From assembly GCA_964016885.1 (NCBI GenBank), contig OZ024742.1, positions 296,794,001 to 296,858,000 on the forward strand: 64,000 nt of DNA, written 5' to 3'. This document shows, in pieces, positions 1 through 14,409 of this stretch. The notes under the pieces are model-generated. The model did not search any database. It was not told the origin of the DNA and worked only from the letters and a program-made list of their open reading frames with translations. The DNA is from Eledone cirrhosa. Its lineage: Eukaryota. A program made the position numbers and the translations under genes. Each line of letters starts with the position of its first letter. Position 1 is the stretch's first letter.

Positions 1-1096
1 AATGGCCTTGCTCAGTATGTAGGAAAGGTGTAGGTAGGAACTCCATTCTCTGCCGCAAATGCAAACAATGGGTACACAAGAGATGTAGCGGGATCTCAGG
101 AAGCTTAATTAAGAATGTAGGCTTCACATGCAGCAGCTGTGCTGAGACAGCAAGCAACAAACAGCCACAGGAAACAAGTACCACCAATCTCTGGGAGGGC
201 TCTGTAGAAAGAGTAGACAGCTTCTGCTACCTAGGTGACTGAATTAGCAGCGGCGGTGGGTGTTCAGAAAGTACAATAACTAGGGTAAGAACGGGATGGA
301 AGAAGTTTAGGGAACTACTACCACTGCTAGCTGCAAAAGGCTTCTCCCTCAGAATGAAAGGCAGACTGTATGATGCGTGTATCCGAACAGCAATGTTGCA
401 TGGTAGTGAGACCTGGGCGCTGAAGGTGGAAGACTTACGTAGATTAGAGAGAAATGAAGCCTGCATGCTCCAATGGATGTGTAACAGTAATATACGTGAA
501 CGACAAAGCATAAATGAATTGAGAGAGAGACTGAGCATAAGAGGAATCAAATGCCGTGGGTAGGAGAGGCGGTTGCGTTGGTATGGACATGTGATGCGTA
601 TGAAGGATGACAGCTGCATAAAAAGGTGCAGAGCACTAGAAGTTGATGGAAACCGCGGAGTGGGGAGACCCAAGATGACCTGGGATGAGGTGATAAAAGC
701 CGACCTTACCAAATTACACCTCTCAAAGGCAATGACACACGACCGTGACTTCTGGCGTCACGCAGTAATACAGGGTACCCGACCTCCCATGGGTACAAGT
801 TGAAGCATATAGACAATATGCCCCCACTGCAAGGTGGTCGTGGAGGTGCCACGGCAAAAAAGCACCCAGCCCACACTGTAAAGTGGACGTGGAGGTGCCA
901 CGAAAAAGCACCCAGCACTCACTGTAAATGAGGTTGGTGGTAGAAAGGGCATCCAGCTGTAGAAATCAAGCCAAATCAGTTCCTGTATGAGCAAGGCATG
1001 GTCAGCCGACCAGACACCTCCCACAACAGGACAACCCGTCTAACCCATGCTAGCGTGGAAGAACGGACGTAAAATGGTGATGATGATGATGATGAT
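1..1096 (+). mobile_element. RTE-clade LINE (family A), 3' part: disrupted ORF2 C-terminus, 3' UTR and (GAT)n tail
   Basis: Translation gives [17 protein letters not shown]...DSFCYLGD...[20 protein letters not shown]...RWYGHVMRM...GRPKMTW, typical of the RTE ORF2 C-terminus. Stops at about 239 and 561; ORF ends at 803; GAT tail at 1078-1096. Confidence 0.92.
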
Positions 1097-2064
1097 ACAC
1101 TTTTTTAATTTTCATAGATTTTATCAAAAATACAATTAGTTCATCTTCTATCCAAAGAGGTTTTCATCAAGATCCAGGTAAAAACAAAATAGAAATATGC
1201 AATGCACACACAATCACTACACATTGTCATCATCATTATCATTTTCAAATCTATTTTCATATGTTTGCATTGGTTGGATAGGTCTTCCATCTCACAGTGT
1301 CTCAGTACTGGAAGCCTTTGTCATTTCCTTTATGAGATCAGTTTTCACCACCTCTGCTCACATCTTTCTTGGTCTTTTATTTTCTATATCCCAAGGTTTT
1401 TTACTATATTTTCCCACTTATTTATAGTGATATTTCCATTTATGTCTGGTCTGCATTGCCTTCATCCTCCTCAGAGCTGACAAAATAAGTATGAGACAAA
1501 AAGTAATGTGGTTGATATAATTGACTTAAATCCTTGACTATATTGCCTCAGTCCAATGACTGAAACCATCAAATGAATAATCAATAAGAACCACTTACTT
1601 AACTAATTTTATGTTATCTATTCTATAACACTTAAATAGTATGTTGTTAAAGAGTCCTTTAATTAATAGTTACTGTATACTTAGTTAATATGAAATGTGT
1701 TATTCAAAGTCATAGGTGGAATATATATTGCATCTAAAGTCCAGTAATTAAAGATACAAGTCTCCCTATGTTTTAATCATGTTCAGTGTTATCTCTGATG
1801 AAATAATTGGCAATGTGTTACATTCAGACTCTCATAATTTACTAACTTTCTTTTACCTCCAATGTTTACCTTAATAATTTAACTAAACAGTTATCATTAT
1901 CACACCTTGAAATTTATTTCACCTATGAGACATACTACTACATTAATTGTATCTAATAAGTGAACACATTGACACAGTAGTAACTTTGCAGTATATTACC
2001 TGGCAGAAGTATAGAGATTTCCATTTCAAAATCTTATTTCTATTATTTACTTTCAAAAAAGCAG

Positions 2065-2250
2065 TGAAATAGCAGAATCATTAGTGCCAACGAAATGTTT
2101 TGCAGCATTTATTCTGAGTTCAAATCCAACTGATTTCAACTTTGCCTTTCATCCTCCTAGGCTTGATTAATTAAATTACCAGTCAAGTGCTGATGTTGAT
2201 TTAATAAACTTGCTTCTCCTTGGCCTTGTATCAAAATTAGAAATCACTAT
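2065..2250 (+). mobile_element. Degenerate tRNA-derived SINE
   Basis: B-box-like GAGTTCAAATCC, then CTTTGCCTTTCATCCT...TACCAGTCAAGT, a core shared with the younger SINE copies. Confidence 0.65.
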
Positions 2251-2742
2251 TTACTATGAATGCTAAAGCTAACCCGATTAACTCAGTCTGCATTTCTCAC
2301 ATTCATATACAAATGCTAAACCTGAACTCTGAACATCTTGAATGCAATATTCCAACCTAGGAGCAGGAATAGTGGGGACAACACTAATCCATTGTCACAT
2401 ACAACAACAAAGCATGCAGTGGTTCAGGCATGTCACAAGGAAAGAAGGACAAGAGTAAAATAAAATCCTTTACAAAAGTATCCTAAATGTCCTTCGTATA
2501 GTATCACTTAATCCATGAAAAAATACCTCATTAGCTGAAGTATGGGACATGAAGATAAATATTACTTGTGAAAGAGTTATTTTAGCAATTTAAGGATACT
2601 ATGAAGTTACATATGAAATTGTACACTAAGTACTAATAATATGCAAATTAGTAACCTTAGTTCATTGTTGTAGTCACATTTAATGGGTTGAAAATCTATA
2701 TTTTCCATAGGTTGATTATTCCAAATAAAGCTGAAACTCAGG

Positions 2743-2942
2743 TCAACCCTTTAGCATTTAAGCCAGAATTCTCTCAACTCTATCTGTTCAAACCAGCTGT
2801 AACCGACTGCTCATACTGATGTTAAGGTATTGTTCTCAAATACTACCAAATCTCATAGATTCGATATTATGTGAGATAATTAAGTGAGGTAAAGACTTTA
2901 CCATGAACATATAATAGAGTAATGTAAATGCTAAAGGATTAA
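2743..2942. mobile_element. MITE with about 17-bp TIRs (TTAA-bounded type)
   Basis: TCAACCCTTTAGCATTTA at 2743 and TAAATGCTAAAGGATTAA ending at 2942. Confidence 0.6.
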
Positions 2943-4189
2943 GCTGTTAATGTTGTTCAAACTATAGGATTGGGCATAAATAAGTCCCGTTTAAATCCTG
3001 TACTCTTTTATTGCATTTCTAGAATTGTGTAAGTGTTCAGTTTGCAGAAGGGTAACAAAACTTTTCAACATTTCATAATAAACAGTACTGTTATGATATA
3101 AAGAAAAGTGAATGTAACAGTTATTTATGTATTTTTAAAATGGTTATAAAATACCTTGTCTACAATGTAATTGCTTCAGTTTCAATTTATGATTGCAGTT
3201 CAAATTACTTGCTAAACAATTATAATTCTGAAGTATATGTTACTATATACTAGTCACGGGCAAACTGCAGCCTATTTGGCTTTCTGAATGGTATACCTAA
3301 TTTCGAAATTCTATGGTAGGCAATTCATTGAGGGAGTTTCAGCTATTATTTCTTGCAGAATCAATTACCAAATTGTAGCTTCTTACAGCAGTATTTAAAT
3401 TGTGGATAAAGAATTGCTCTTGATATATTTCTTGATATATTTCTCTATTGATATATATTTACATATACTAATAGCATGTTTACATTCTTCTTTAGCTATG
3501 AGTAAATAACTCATAATCTGTTTGTTGCTGGTCAGTTATATATAAATATTTCCAAGGTCCATGGCTAGAGGGGGACATTATGAAATGCTTTCTGGTAATC
3601 AATCTATGTCATCGTTAGATTCCTTTCCTCTCTTCTGCAGTTTTCAGATACAGTTTTCTAAATCAATAACTGACTTCTACAGACATGAAATCATAAAATC
3701 TATTTCTACAGCTTCTCTTTCCTATAAAGATATTGTCTCCCATATCCTATGAGCATCTATCTCTTCTTCCAACATTGTTATGGGAGACTTGAAAACTATA
3801 CACTGGTAGATTATGAGCATGTAATTCTAGTGATTATATGTTGTTTCCATGTTTAAAAATCAAAATATCAGTCATACTAGTTTGCCAAGTGACTCAGTCT
3901 TTTACTGTATGTTGAAACAGAAACATTTATATCAGAAATCCGTTGTTAATAATAATTTATAACAGTAAATAATAGTTGAGAAAATCAAGTAAAGTATTCC
4001 CAGAAATGGAATTAAGTAAGTAAAGGCACCTATGAGGCATTGAACTCTACATCTCTTGGAAGTTGAGCAAGTGCATTAACCAATATACTAGAGAACAGCT
4101 AGCCCCCAATTCCCTCGTTTTAGAAGATTTTAAGCCTTTAGCTGGAAGCGTAAACAAAATGGTTGAATTAAGAAGCATTAGAAAAAATT

Positions 4190-5160
4190 TGAAATTTGAA
4201 ATGTGTGTTCCAATGCAAATTACAAAATTTAGCACTGATTCTCATTCCAGCCATGCAGCACTTGGCATCAAACCTATCAAGTGCAAGTCGGAGATCATCT
4301 TCTGTTAAGTAATATAATGTTGTTAAGTTAAGTAATATAATGTCGGCAGCAAATTCCAGCTGAATTGTTCTACACCTGCCAGTCATGATACCACTTCCAA
4401 CCTGGCTGTACATGTTAATCCTGTTTCTGAAAATAATAAGGTGACAGTATGCACCCTTAGCGGAATCCGACTCTCACATTGAATAGTTTCAATTTAGCCC
4501 CATTTCTCTGAACACAAATATGCACACATTCATATAAAGACATCAGGGAAACAAGATACTGACTATCGATCCCATACTCATGCAGAACCTTCCACAGCAG
4601 GTTCCATAGAATGCAGTCATATGTTTTTTCAAGGTCTACAAAGCAAGAATGCACCTCTTGGCAATATGTAAACAATTTCTCAAAAAAGACTTGCTGCAGT
4701 TGAGCTGTGTCTGGATTGAAAACCACACTGTTAATTAGCTAGCTTGGATTCAACCATCTCCTTAGACTAAACGGGGTGGCTTAACAAGATCCCTCTATAA
4801 TTGGAACAATCTCTTTTGTCTTCCTTTTTGAAAATTGAGATTATCACTTTTGATTGTCATTGCCTAGGTGCCTTTCCAGAGATCCAGGCCACCCAGCACA
4901 CAAGAGTCAGCCAGAGAATACCTTCTCTATATAAGGCTTTTAACATCTTGGGCTGAATTTCATCCTCTCTAATAGCCTTGTCACATTTGAGCTTTTTAAT
5001 TACTCTTGTGACCACGGCCTCTGAGAGATTAGTCATTGCTCCCAGATGCACCTTGTGTACATCAGAAAATGGTGTTGTGATCAGGTTTAGGAGATCAGCA
5101 AGGTATTTTCACCACTTAACAAGGATGCCCTGGTCGTCTTTGGTCTTTCAATTCAGTTTT
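4190..5160 (-). mobile_element. Degenerate RTE-like LINE RT fragment (a different, older family)
   Basis: Minus-strand ORF pieces: KKLKCDKAIREDEIQPKMLK, CFVDLEKTYD...LWKVLHEYG, and LEFAADIILL (decayed FADD motif), with frameshifts. Confidence 0.8.
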
Positions 5161-6048
5161 CTTCCACTTGAAATTTCTATTACTTGTTTGTCCAACTCTG
5201 TACGAACAATCAAAATATTATCAAGTTTATAAAATAATTGTTTTTATTTAATTTCATTTGTATTTTTGTTTTAGAACAAATTTGCAGAGAAGAATTTTGA
5301 TAACTGTTTTTGAAAGTATATGATTTAAAAAAATAGAAACTTTTATAGAATAAAAAAAAATGAATATGTTCACCTTATGAGAGATAAACACATTATGACT
5401 TCACGGAAACAGAATTTGTCAGTTTTTCTTTTTTAGAACACATAAACGATTTTCAAATTGTATTTAAAATATATGTTCAGTATTCCTTGAAATGCTCCAT
5501 AAATAACACGCATTTAAAACTGTTTAGTTCAGAGTCATTTTATTACATTCAATTTTCCACACTTGCATAGGTTGGACAAAACCTGGAGTATATCCTAGTT
5601 TAATTTTGTGTTAAGCAACTGAGAGTATAAGACTTTCAACTGGATGAGACACCAGTTTGTAATAGGACTAATACATCCAAGCTTCCACTGGTACTCCTTT
5701 AAAGCCTTTGTCAAAAACTCTGTGGCATCAGGTCTGGAAATTGAACCCACAATCAATGCTAGACAATGGGCCTTCACTCACTTAAAAACATATGTAATGA
5801 ATATATTTACTAATAGATATCATGTTGTGTTGAGGCATGTATTCTCAAAAAGAATACAGTGTCTTAGAATACTTGTATTTTGTATCTATATCTAAGTAGT
5901 GATGAAAATACAACTGTGTCTTAAGTTTTAATTCCATGAATGTCATGTTTGTTTTTCTTTATCATAATATTAGTTTCTTTTTAACCCCATGAGCGAGCAG
6001 GTGAAACTCCAGGGTAACAATTCCCAATATTTAGCTTTAATAAAATGA

Positions 6049-6079
<31 letters not shown>

Positions 6080-6223
6080 GTATATGTTGGTTGTGTACCA
6101 ACACCTCAGTATGCAGACAGGAGCACTCGACGAAGTACGCAAGCTGGTTTCTATACTCCGGAGTAATATAAAATAAGTAAGTCAAACATGTAAAATTTGG
6201 CTTTGTTTATTATATATATATAT

Positions 6224-6556
6224 ATATAATTGAATATAAAAGTGAGATAAACACAGATATATACATATATATGTGCAAAACGAAACAGCATTGCCAAAAG
6301 CTGTCTGAATGTACAATTTGATAGTTATCACAATTTCGGTTTGTATTTTTTCTTCATTTATTCTTTTAAATTGAGTTTGGCAAACTGCATTGTTCATAGT
6401 TCGTATTTTTTTCGCCCTAGCGAATCTGTTCCCTTACAATTTGAACACATGTATGAATATATTTTATATTCAATTATATTACACGACCCGGAAACATTTT
6501 TTTTCCTTGAGCTATTTAATTGTAAGAGACTATTTTGAATTTCTAACTCAATATAT

Positions 6557-6560
<4 letters not shown>
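6224..6560. mobile_element. Short insertion between (TA)n tracts with an 18-bp inverted repeat plus tail
   Basis: ATATAATTGAATATAAAA (6224-6241) is the reverse complement of 6462-6479; about 80 bp of tail follows, then (TA)n. Confidence 0.4.

Positions 6561-6647
<87 letters not shown>
6561..6647. repeat. (TA)n microsatellite
   Basis: Uninterrupted TA run. Confidence 0.98.
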
Positions 6648-6651
<4 letters not shown>

Positions 6652-7417
6652 TAGCGAGAATCGTATTTCGGCTATTGGAAATTAGCGAAAAACAACTTCT
6701 GAGATGTGTGGCAGGCGCTCAATAGATTCTAACGAACCAGAGCTACAACATATGTTAAAAGGCCAGACACACTGAGACGATGGTTAAACCATTATCCGCA
6801 CAGCCATAGAAACGACCAAGTAATTCGGGTCAAGCAAATAAAAAAATATATGATTGAAAAATTTACCCGGACCCCTGGATGGTTGGTAAAAATCCAGCAT
6901 TTGGGTTTCTGCGACTCCTAAATCAAGTACTGTCCGCTTAGACAAATAATGTTAGGCTTCTGGAAAGATGATTGAACAAGGAAGTCACTTTCTCAACAGG
7001 CTTTTATTTCAAGTGCCAGGCCAAGTATTGACCGTTACCAATACCCACGTGGGGCTCGACAAGGGAGGCAACCCTTATTTTTGGCGGATGAATTCAGTAT
7101 GTGTATATTATTGCAAAATTGCAAAATATCACAAAACGAATTAAGTTCTCAACAGAATGGTTTTAAAGTTAACAAAAGCTATTCATCAGTCAATAGAATC
7201 AACTAAAAAAATCAAGAAAATTAACTGGTCAATAGCTAGACTCTGGAGATTAATACACATATAAATTAGCGAGAATCGTATTTCGGCTTTGGAAATTAGC
7301 GAAAAACAACTTTCGAGATGTGTGGCAAGCGCTCAATAATTCTAACGAACCAAAGCTACAACATACGTTAAAAGGCCAAACACACTGAGACGATGGTTAA
7401 ACCATTATCTGCACAGC
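6644..7417. repeat. About 160-bp direct repeat pair (period 615 bp) abutting (TA)n
   Basis: ATAAATTAGCGAGAATCG...CCATTATC(C/T)GCACAGC at 6644-6804 and 7259-7417, highly similar. Confidence 0.9.
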
Positions 7418-8181
7418 AATGTTGCATTTCACGTTCTTTAAGTAGTATTTTTCTACAATACACATGCATTTTTATATAATTAAACTTGATGTCCTCAATA
7501 AAAAATTGAGTGATCAATAAGTCATAGAAAACATGAAGGCTATAACACAACATAATACCTACTACAGCCAAAAACTGGGAAACATTTCCTGAAGAAAAGT
7601 ATTGAATGTCATATTAGCATCTACAAAATAGAGAAGACAATAGAATTAACTATTAAAATGACCTTGCATCTACATAAATTGTTTTAATGGTTTCTGTTCT
7701 TTTAACTTTAGTAACACATATAAGAGATAATTGATAGATGTTCAGACTTTGTTGTGGCTTATCACCTTTTGTTATTATTTTCCTTAATGAAATAATATTT
7801 ATCTTGTGAATACAAATTTACAAAGGAATTCACACCAAGTCACGCAAATATTTTGTAGTCCTGGCAGACAACATTTCAAATGTGTTACTCTGAAAGATGG
7901 CAAGGGAGATGTACTGAGAGAGCCAGTCTGCCTCGTGGCGTTTTTCTGGTTTAAAGGTTTCAATTTGTGATTATCAAATTGATTTCTTTGAAAGTGTCAT
8001 TAAACCTTTCATTACTATATATCTAATGAAAGATGCTGCCTGTGATTTTCAAATAATTTTGAAAATAATTGGGAATCTGTGGTCATTTAGTAATATAATT
8101 AACTTTCTCATTAAACTGGTGATTGGAACATGAATTAATAAAGGTTCTTAAATACAAATATGATGGGGTTTTCATATAAAT

Positions 8182-8362
8182 AATTGTTTCTACTTTAGGC
8201 ACAAGGCCAGCAATTATCCAGTGCATTACTGGTACTTTATTTTATCGACCCCGTAAGGATGAAAGGCAAAGTCAACCTCGGCGGGATTTGAACTCAGATC
8301 ATAAAGGGACGTAACTATGCTGGAAAGCATGGCGTCAAACCCTCTACCGATACTGCCAATCC
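8182..8362 (-). mobile_element. Young tRNA-derived SINE
   Basis: Reverse complement has A-box-like TGGCAGTATCGG, B-box GAGTTCAAATCC, central GACTTTGCCTTTCATCCTTACGGGGTCGATAAAATAAAGTACCAG and 3' GTAGAAACAATT. Flanking duplication ATAAATAAT. Confidence 0.9.
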
Positions 8363-8644
8363 ATAAATAATATGTATAAATATATATATTTTTTTTATTT
8401 TCCTATATTTATATAAATGTATCATTTGATATTTATTATACAATCATATCATTTCTACCGACCCCTTAGGCTCTAGCGCCCCATGAACCTTACCTTCTAA
8501 CCCCCCCCCCCCCATTAGCGGTAGCACCCTCTTTGAGAGCCTCTGGATTAGAGTTACACAGATTGGGATATACATTCAAAGATGCTTTTCTCAGATTATA
8601 ATCACAGTGCATGGTAGAATAGAAAAAGGAAAATGAACGGTACC

Positions 8645-8739
8645 TGACTGATCTGTTCATGTAAATAACAAATGATTTATTAGTAAAAGAAAAGGAAGTA
8701 TTGCAACGTGCCTGTACATCACTTTATCTTTTTCACGTG
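8645..8739 (-). pseudogene. Candidate signal-peptide-encoding exon with in-frame stop (copy 1)
   Basis: Minus strand: TTTTATGCAG acceptor; ATG frame MYRHVAILPFLLLINHLLFT*TDQS; CAG|GTACCG donor. Homologous to 32275-32357. Confidence 0.3.
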
Positions 8740-10769
8740 TCTGCATAAAAATCGTCCTAATATGAACCTAATATGAAAGATCTAATATGAAAGATCATGA
8801 GAAATATCTTATAAATATAAAAACAACACAGCAGAATATTTATTTGTGTATTCTCTATCATTTCTCTATCATTAGATGTACCTGTTTACACCTGTTTATC
8901 AATATTAACCTAATTTGTCTTTTATATAAATGGTATGATATAAGAAACTAATTTATATTTATTTCTCAGAACTTTAAACATAACATGTCCAAGCTTTTTA
9001 CTTGAAATATTGCCAAATATCTATAATGTAATTAGTCAGAAAACATATAATTAATTATGTTATGGTAATTATCATCGGCCATTATCAGAAGGTAAAAATA
9101 TCAGCACCACAAATTATTGATATATCATAACATATAACATGATTTTAATCAATAAATTTTCCTTTAGAATTCTTGTTGCCTCATATTTAGTTGAACTTTT
9201 TGTTTTGCTTAATTTTGGTAATTTACAAAATAAATACAGAATAAATCTATTTTAAAATAGATGTAAATTATTGAAATTTTATATGGAGTTGTCATCAGCT
9301 TAATTAAATTTTTGAAGTTATAAACTTTATATGAAAATTACTTCTGAACAGACAAGTAAAAATATGTTGAATCAAATTGATAACTCTTGTCAAGACAGAT
9401 TTGTATAGAGAGAAATTCCATTGAAAATATTTGATTTGATATATTTAAGTAAATAATGCTTCATTCAGAATATTTCTCCCTTTAATGTTTAGGACACTGA
9501 ATTTTTTTATGAATTGCTTCCCTTGACATTGCATTATATATAAAGGGGAGATTACTCTATCGGCAACTTATGTCACTGACAGCACCCAAAGGTTAAGATA
9601 AAATGCCCTCAGTAAACTGTCTTGAATGTAGGAACATATGTAATCTCAAACCTCAAATAATCGTTCACCCATCTGTCCACTTCCCCATCTTGTTTATTAA
9701 TTTTCCAACCCAAATGCTTATTAACTTTTGCTGATCTATCTCCAGTGAAATTTTATTTTAAGAGGTAGCATCCCTGTGACAATCAATTTTCTTTATGCAT
9801 TAAAAAAACATTGAGCATGATAAAACATACATTACTAGAAATCCTATATCTTATAAAAGGAATAGGATGGGTTGAGGTCTCAATATGTAAACAAAATGAT
9901 GACTAATTCTGTTTTCTTTTTTTAAATCAATGGAGACAACCTAGGAAAATTACCAATTTCCCACCACCAGCCCCACTTATTCCACTCCTTCTATTATTTA
10001 AGTAGATTAAATACGACCTCCTTCCTCCTCCACCTCAGCCAATCTGAGATGTCAGTGTGTCCAATTATGTAATGACTTCTTCTCTGGCAACTCATCTAAT
10101 CATTACTGGAAGGGAAATTGATGATATCACCGAAAAAGAGAAATGTGTGTTTTTTATAGTTGAGTGTAGAGCAGAATTTCCTAAACTTTTAGAGAATATA
10201 TTTCCTCAGCAGACACTTACACAGTAACAGATCCTCTCCATAAATTTGATAAAAATTTATTTATTGAAAATTAAATTTTGATAAATATTTCTATATTCAA
10301 GCATTTATGACTAGAAAACAGCTTTACAAAGAAGTACTAATTTGCATTCTTTGTGTCTTACCTCCCTTACCACATCTTGTCATCCAATGACCCCTGTATC
10401 ACCCTTTTTCTCTCCAGTGCCCCTTTTGAGACTCCCAGCACTGTCAAAGGGGTGTCAACTCACACTCTGGGAACCAGTAGTCTAAAACGATGTTTCTGAA
10501 ACGATGGCTCAATGAAAGAATTATGGGGATGTGAAGAAATACTGATTTCATCCTTTAGTAAAATTAATTTATTGAATGTATTTTTATATATGAATAAACT
10601 CTTTCTCTAAAAGAATTTCTGTTTCATTTAATGTCTTATTAAGAGTAGTGAGGGGTGACCATCGATTAAATTATAGTTAGTGGTTCCACATTTCATAGAA
10701 AATCTTGTAACAGTTCTATAACAAAATAGGTTTGAGAATTATTAATGTTTTTTTTTATCAGATTTTCCA

Positions 10770-11120
10770 GGTTTGGTGAAATAGAGGCAGCTGATGTTTT
10801 TCTTGAAAAATCGCGAGGTGATTACTGCAGGAAGGGAATTTAAGAGGATTTATATTCTAATGAAGGATTAGGTATAATGGTTAGTTTGTAGATTCTAAAG
10901 GGAGGTAGACACTATATGGACAATGAAAGCGAGGGACATGAGTGTGAGAGATAGGTTTGAGATAGCATGTGATCAGTCAGTTCTGGAGAGCGGAGGCTAC
11001 TGAAGTAGTAAAGGTAGAAGGGACAGAATGAGGAGATAATATTCCTGTGCGGTAGAGGTTGTAGCATGTTAGTCAGTAACTTCATACTAGCGAGTTGAGT
11101 GGCCTTTCTTTAGGTGTAGC
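10770..11120 (-). mobile_element. Highly degenerate non-LTR retrotransposon ORF2 C-terminus (CR1/L2/Jockey-like)
   Basis: Decayed ...LNSLPA...FKKNI-type C-terminal pattern; resembles 34560-34990. Confidence 0.35.
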
Positions 11121-11936
11121 CTAAGATATATGTGTATGTACAGCTGAGCACCAATAGCAACACTATTCTAGATATAGAAGTAGCAATAACACTGATCTTT
11201 CTGTGAATTACATTAGTTCTTTTGATACTAACTCACTTGAAGCCACACCTTCTACAATATAAAGCTGTGTGATAACGTTTTTATATTTCTCTAAAGATGT
11301 TCCATTGTAATATCCGGAAAGAACATTTGTTATGTTGTTTTCCAAACACCAGCTTAATAATGAGAAAGTTGATTATATCACTAAATTCCATTAAATATTT
11401 GGTGATTTTCAAAATTATTTGAAAATCATAGTGTCTTTTACAATAACGAAAGACACTCAGCCACTTGCACATTAATTCTATAAGCAAGCTGGAAGGCTTA
11501 TCGTCGAAATTGACTGAGGTCCATTCCTTTTCCCATTCAACATGTGAAACATTAGTAAATTTGTAAATATTTTAATTTTAGATTAATTCTACAGTATCAT
11601 AAATAGTCAACATATTGAAAAGAAATATAAATTATTCATGTTTATATGCATCATATTTCATAACATCTGATGTTTGTATGGTGGGAAAGGGGGAAATCTG
11701 TGCATGTATGTTCAGAAACTGCAAATAAAGAAGACCTGGGAGATTAAAGAGGAAAAAAGGGAAACTGGAGAGATGGTGTGTGTGGATGAGTGTGTATGTC
11801 TGTATGTGTGGTGTGTGCTAGACAGATAGACAGAGAAACAGACAGAAAGGCAGACAGATAGAGTGATAAATAGATAGATATATTAGCAGACAATCAGACA
11901 GACAGACAGCTTGTGAGGCAGTTTGGTAGGTAGGTA

Positions 11937-11954
11937 GATATATATATATGTGTG

Positions 11955-12042
<88 letters not shown>

Positions 12043-12092
12043 TATATGTGTATATCTATGTAAATATATATATAAGATATGTGTGTACATAT

Positions 12093-12138
<46 letters not shown>
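11937..12138. repeat. (TA)n-rich microsatellite, preceded by (GACA/GATA)n
   Basis: Directly visible. Confidence 0.95.
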
Positions 12139-12139
12139 G

Positions 12140-14258
12140 TTACTACGAAAGGCTACTAAATGAGGAGACTAAATGGGAGAAAGACAGTCTCCCCCAAATC
12201 GATCCAATAGAGGGACCAGCACTGTTAGTTGAAGGTAGTATAATAAGTAAGGCAATCAAAGATATGAAGACGGGTAAGGCGGCTGGGCCTTCAGAAATAG
12301 TTGCTCAAATGCTGAAAGCTTCTGGAACGGTGGGACACACCATGGTCACCTGGATAGTAAACCAAGTCATACAGAATGGGGTTGTTCCGAAGGACTGGCG
12401 TAGCGGCATCATCATTAACTGCTACAAGGGTAAAGGAGATGCCCTAGATAGGAGTAACTATAGAGGCATTAAATTAATTGACCAGGTCATGAAGGCACAG
12501 AAAAAGTAATAGCGCAACTAATCGGAGAGTGAATTAATCTAGATGAAATACAGTTCGGGTTTGTGTCAGGTAAAAGTACCACAGATGCTCTTTTCATTGT
12601 ACGACAACTACAGGAGAAGTACCTAGCTAAAAGTAAACCCCTATACTTAGCTTTTGTCGACTTGGAGAAAGCCTTCGACAGAGTCCCCCGTTCCATTATC
12701 TGGTGGGCTCTTAGAAAACTAGGTGTTGATGAATGGCTTGTGAGAGCTATACAAGCCATGTATAAAGGAACAGTCAGCAAGTTTAGAATTAACAACGAAT
12801 ATAGTGAAGAGTTTAGAGTAAAAGTTGGTGTTCATCAGGGCTCCGTTCTTAGCCCCCTACTATTTATTATTGCCCTTCAGGCTATAACAGTGGAGTTCAA
12901 GACAGGCTGCCCATGGGAACTCCTATACACAGATGATCTAATGCTCATAGCTGAATCAATGGCCGAACTAGAGAAGAAATTCCAAACATGGAAGCATGGC
13001 CTAGAATCAATTAACCTGTCTAAGACTAAAGCTCTAGTTTGTAGGAAGGAAAATAGGGCACCGGTCCCATCCGGGAAATGGCCATGCTCAGTGTGTAGGA
13101 AAGGAGTAGGTAGAAACTCCATTTTATGTCCCAAATGCAAAGTATGGGTGCATAAAAGATGTAGTGGGATCACAGATAAGCTAACTAAAAACATAGATTT
13201 TATATGTGGCCGGTGCTCTGGTGCAATAAGTAGCAGCAATTGCCCACAGAATACTAGCTCATTCCATTGCACAGATGGTTCTATAGAAATAGTGGACACC
13301 TTCCGTTACTTGGGTGACAAAATCAGCAGTGGTGGAGGGTGCTCTGAAAGTACTGTAGCTAGAGTCAGAACTGGATGGAAAAAGTTCAGAGAGCTTATAC
13401 CACTATTAGCCGGTAAAGGGTTCTCTCTAAAAATGAAAGGCAGGCTGTATGATGCCTGCATACGAACAGCAATGTTACATGGCAGTGAGGCCTGGGCATT
13501 GTGTTCAGAGGATATACGCAGACTGGAGAGGAATGAAGCTTGCATACTCCGCTGGATGTGTCATAGTAATATACGTGAACGGCAAAGCATAAACGAACTA
13601 AGGGAAAAATTAGAAATAAGAGGAATCAGATGTTGTTTACTCGAGAGAAGACTACGTTGGTATGGTCACGCGATGTGCATGAAAGACGACAGCTGTATAA
13701 ATATGTGCAGGGCAATAAAAATAGATGGTAGCCACGGAGTAGACAGACCCAGAAAAATCTTGGACGACTTGATAAATTCCAACCTCACACACTTACACCT
13801 CTCCAAGACAATGTCACTGGACCGAGATCTTTGGCGCTACACAGTAATACAGAAGACCCACCTTACTTAAGTACAAAGTGAAACCTACTACAGTCAGTAG
13901 GCACCTCTAACAAAATACACCCCCGTCCCACTACCCCCAGCCCATCCACACCACCCCTTCAATGTAAAGTTATGTTGGTACCACAACATCCAGTCCGAAA
14001 CAAATGACGTCGTCTAGGTGTCACAACAAAAAAACACAGAGTCCACGCTGTAATGTGGCCGTGTAGGTAACACGGTAAAAACCTCCCAGTCCACACTGTA
14101 AACATGGTTGGTGTTAGGAAGGGCGTCCAGCCGTAGAAAACCCGCCAGACAGTCCTATGCGAGCAAGACAACCACTCTTGCCTCAAGTGGGAAACTCCCG
14201 TCCAATCCCATGCAAGCGTGGAAGATGGACGTTAAACGATGATGATGATGATGATGAT
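12140..14258 (+). mobile_element. RTE-clade LINE (family B), 5'-truncated and disabled
   Basis: RT motifs [59 protein letters not shown] (mutated YADD), FRYLG. Frameshift near 12500, TGA near 12530, 12-nt deletion relative to the 46733 copy. 3' UTR and (GAT)n tail. Confidence 0.96.
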
Positions 14259-14269
14259 ATATATGTATA

Positions 14270-14341
<72 letters not shown>

Positions 14342-14342
14342 C

Positions 14343-14381
<39 letters not shown>

Positions 14382-14409
14382 CATATATATACATATACAT
14401 ATATATATA
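14258..14409. repeat. (TA)n-rich microsatellite
   Basis: Directly visible. Confidence 0.95.

Noticed and set aside
227-712. Antisense ORFs over RTE copies (also 12877-13545 and 47110-47925)
   Set aside because: Shadow frames of the RT coding strand.
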